From Candidatus Brocadiia bacterium (GTDB taxonomy: Bacteria; Planctomycetota; Brocadiia; SM23-32), in assembly GCA_046538485.1 (NCBI GenBank), contig JBKHIT010000066.1, forward strand, positions 1 through 25,713: a DNA stretch of 25,713 bases. The letters are read 5' to 3'. Positions 25,333 to 25,713 of this stretch are shown here, one piece after another; positions within the stretch are counted from its first letter, which is position 1; every line of letters begins with the position of its first letter. The notes below the pieces were generated by a model. The model saw nothing but the letters and a program-made list of their open reading frames with translations. It had not been told where the DNA came from and made no database searches. Position numbers and translations under genes: made by a program.

Positions 25333-25435
25333 TTCTCTGCTTCGAGGCAGGGGGACTTATCGACTTCATTTCTGCCCCGGCTTTCATTCATACCACGTAC
25401 TCCTGCCTGTCAACGGCCTGCCTGCAAGCAGAGAA
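25333..25435. repeat. Palindromic module C (ERIC/MITE-like)
   Basis: TTCTCTGCTTcgAGGCAGG (25333-25351) / CCTGCCTgcAAGCAGAGAA (25417-25435), 17/19 IR, followed by a T7 tract. Confidence 0.6.
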
Positions 25436-25445
25436 GTTTTTTTGA

Positions 25446-25584
25446 CCGTCCTGTCTGCTGGATTTCGACCCCCGCGGCCTTGTGCCGCGGGTGAGAAAGA
25501 TTGACGGGCTAGAAATCGCGGCCACTCCGCATCGGCCCCCACGGGCTTGTCCCGTGGGGGAAGGAGATTGAGGCTAGTGGTCCG
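25446..25584. repeat. Modules D and E: two GC-rich hairpins sharing a CTTGT loop (REP-like)
   Basis: CCCGCGGC-cttgt-GCCGCGGG (25471-25491) and CCCCCACGGG-cttgt-CCCGTGGGGG (25536-25560), each with imperfect outer stems. Confidence 0.65.
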
Positions 25585-25607
25585 TTCCATTTGATTTTGT
25601 GGGTTCA

Positions 25608-25706
25608 GAGCAATTCTGCCGAGGTCAGTTCGAGGCGCGGCGCCAAAGGTGACCCGGACGGGTCCCTGCGAAGCCGCAACGAAGAAATGGCCCGGCAGAA
25701 TTGCTC
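25608..25706. repeat. Palindromic module F (MITE-like)
   Basis: Perfect 14-bp IR GAGCAATTCTGCCG (25608-25621) / CGGCAGAATTGCTC (25693-25706); inner TTCG/CGAA, GCGGC/GCCGC, GACCC-ggac-GGGTC. Confidence 0.7.
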
Positions 25707-25713
25707 CCTACGG

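Noticed and set aside
25133..25590. Short ORFs of 68-90 aa
   Set aside because: They arise from GC-rich palindromes, lack SD sequences and overlap each other on both strands.
25141..25706. CRISPR array, attC array or tRNA cluster
   Set aside because: No repeated direct unit with spacers, no RYYYAAC/GTTRRRY ends, no cloverleaf with T-loop, and no cas or integrase gene.

Overview
Gene-dense bacterial chromosomal window, probably from the PVC superphylum (inferred from a DUF1559-type prepilin gene and a DUF4838 gene). Minus strand, 152-13995: a secreted hypothetical protein, a four-gene GldA/GldF/GldG/DUF4340-type ABC operon whose last gene is fused to a parvulin PPIase, a POTRA-domain protein fused to a probable glycoside-hydrolase-like barrel, a DUF1559-type prepilin gene preceded by a 34-codon truncated prepilin paralog, and an mlaE-F-D-C-A operon without mlaB. 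Plus strand: YcfL-like and LpoB-like lipoproteins, an 857-aa fusion of a GlmU-like nucleotidyltransferase with a GHMP (galactokinase-family) kinase carrying an altered sugar-binding motif (GRHIDHQGG), another lipoprotein, a DUF4838 protein and a clan GH-D glycosidase. A divergent adenylate-forming enzyme lies on the minus strand between them. No rRNA, tRNA, CRISPR, transposase or recombinase was recognised. Intergenic DNA is rich in inverted repeats: two perfect sigma70 promoters, several ~90-100 bp palindromes, IR pairs flanking a gene and two promoters, and six back-to-back stem-loop modules at 25141-25706. The strongest candidate for an undescribed system is the fused kinase/pyrophosphorylase, a possible one-protein salvage route for an acidic (uronate-type) or amino sugar. 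All family calls come from motif recognition by eye; no searches were run.
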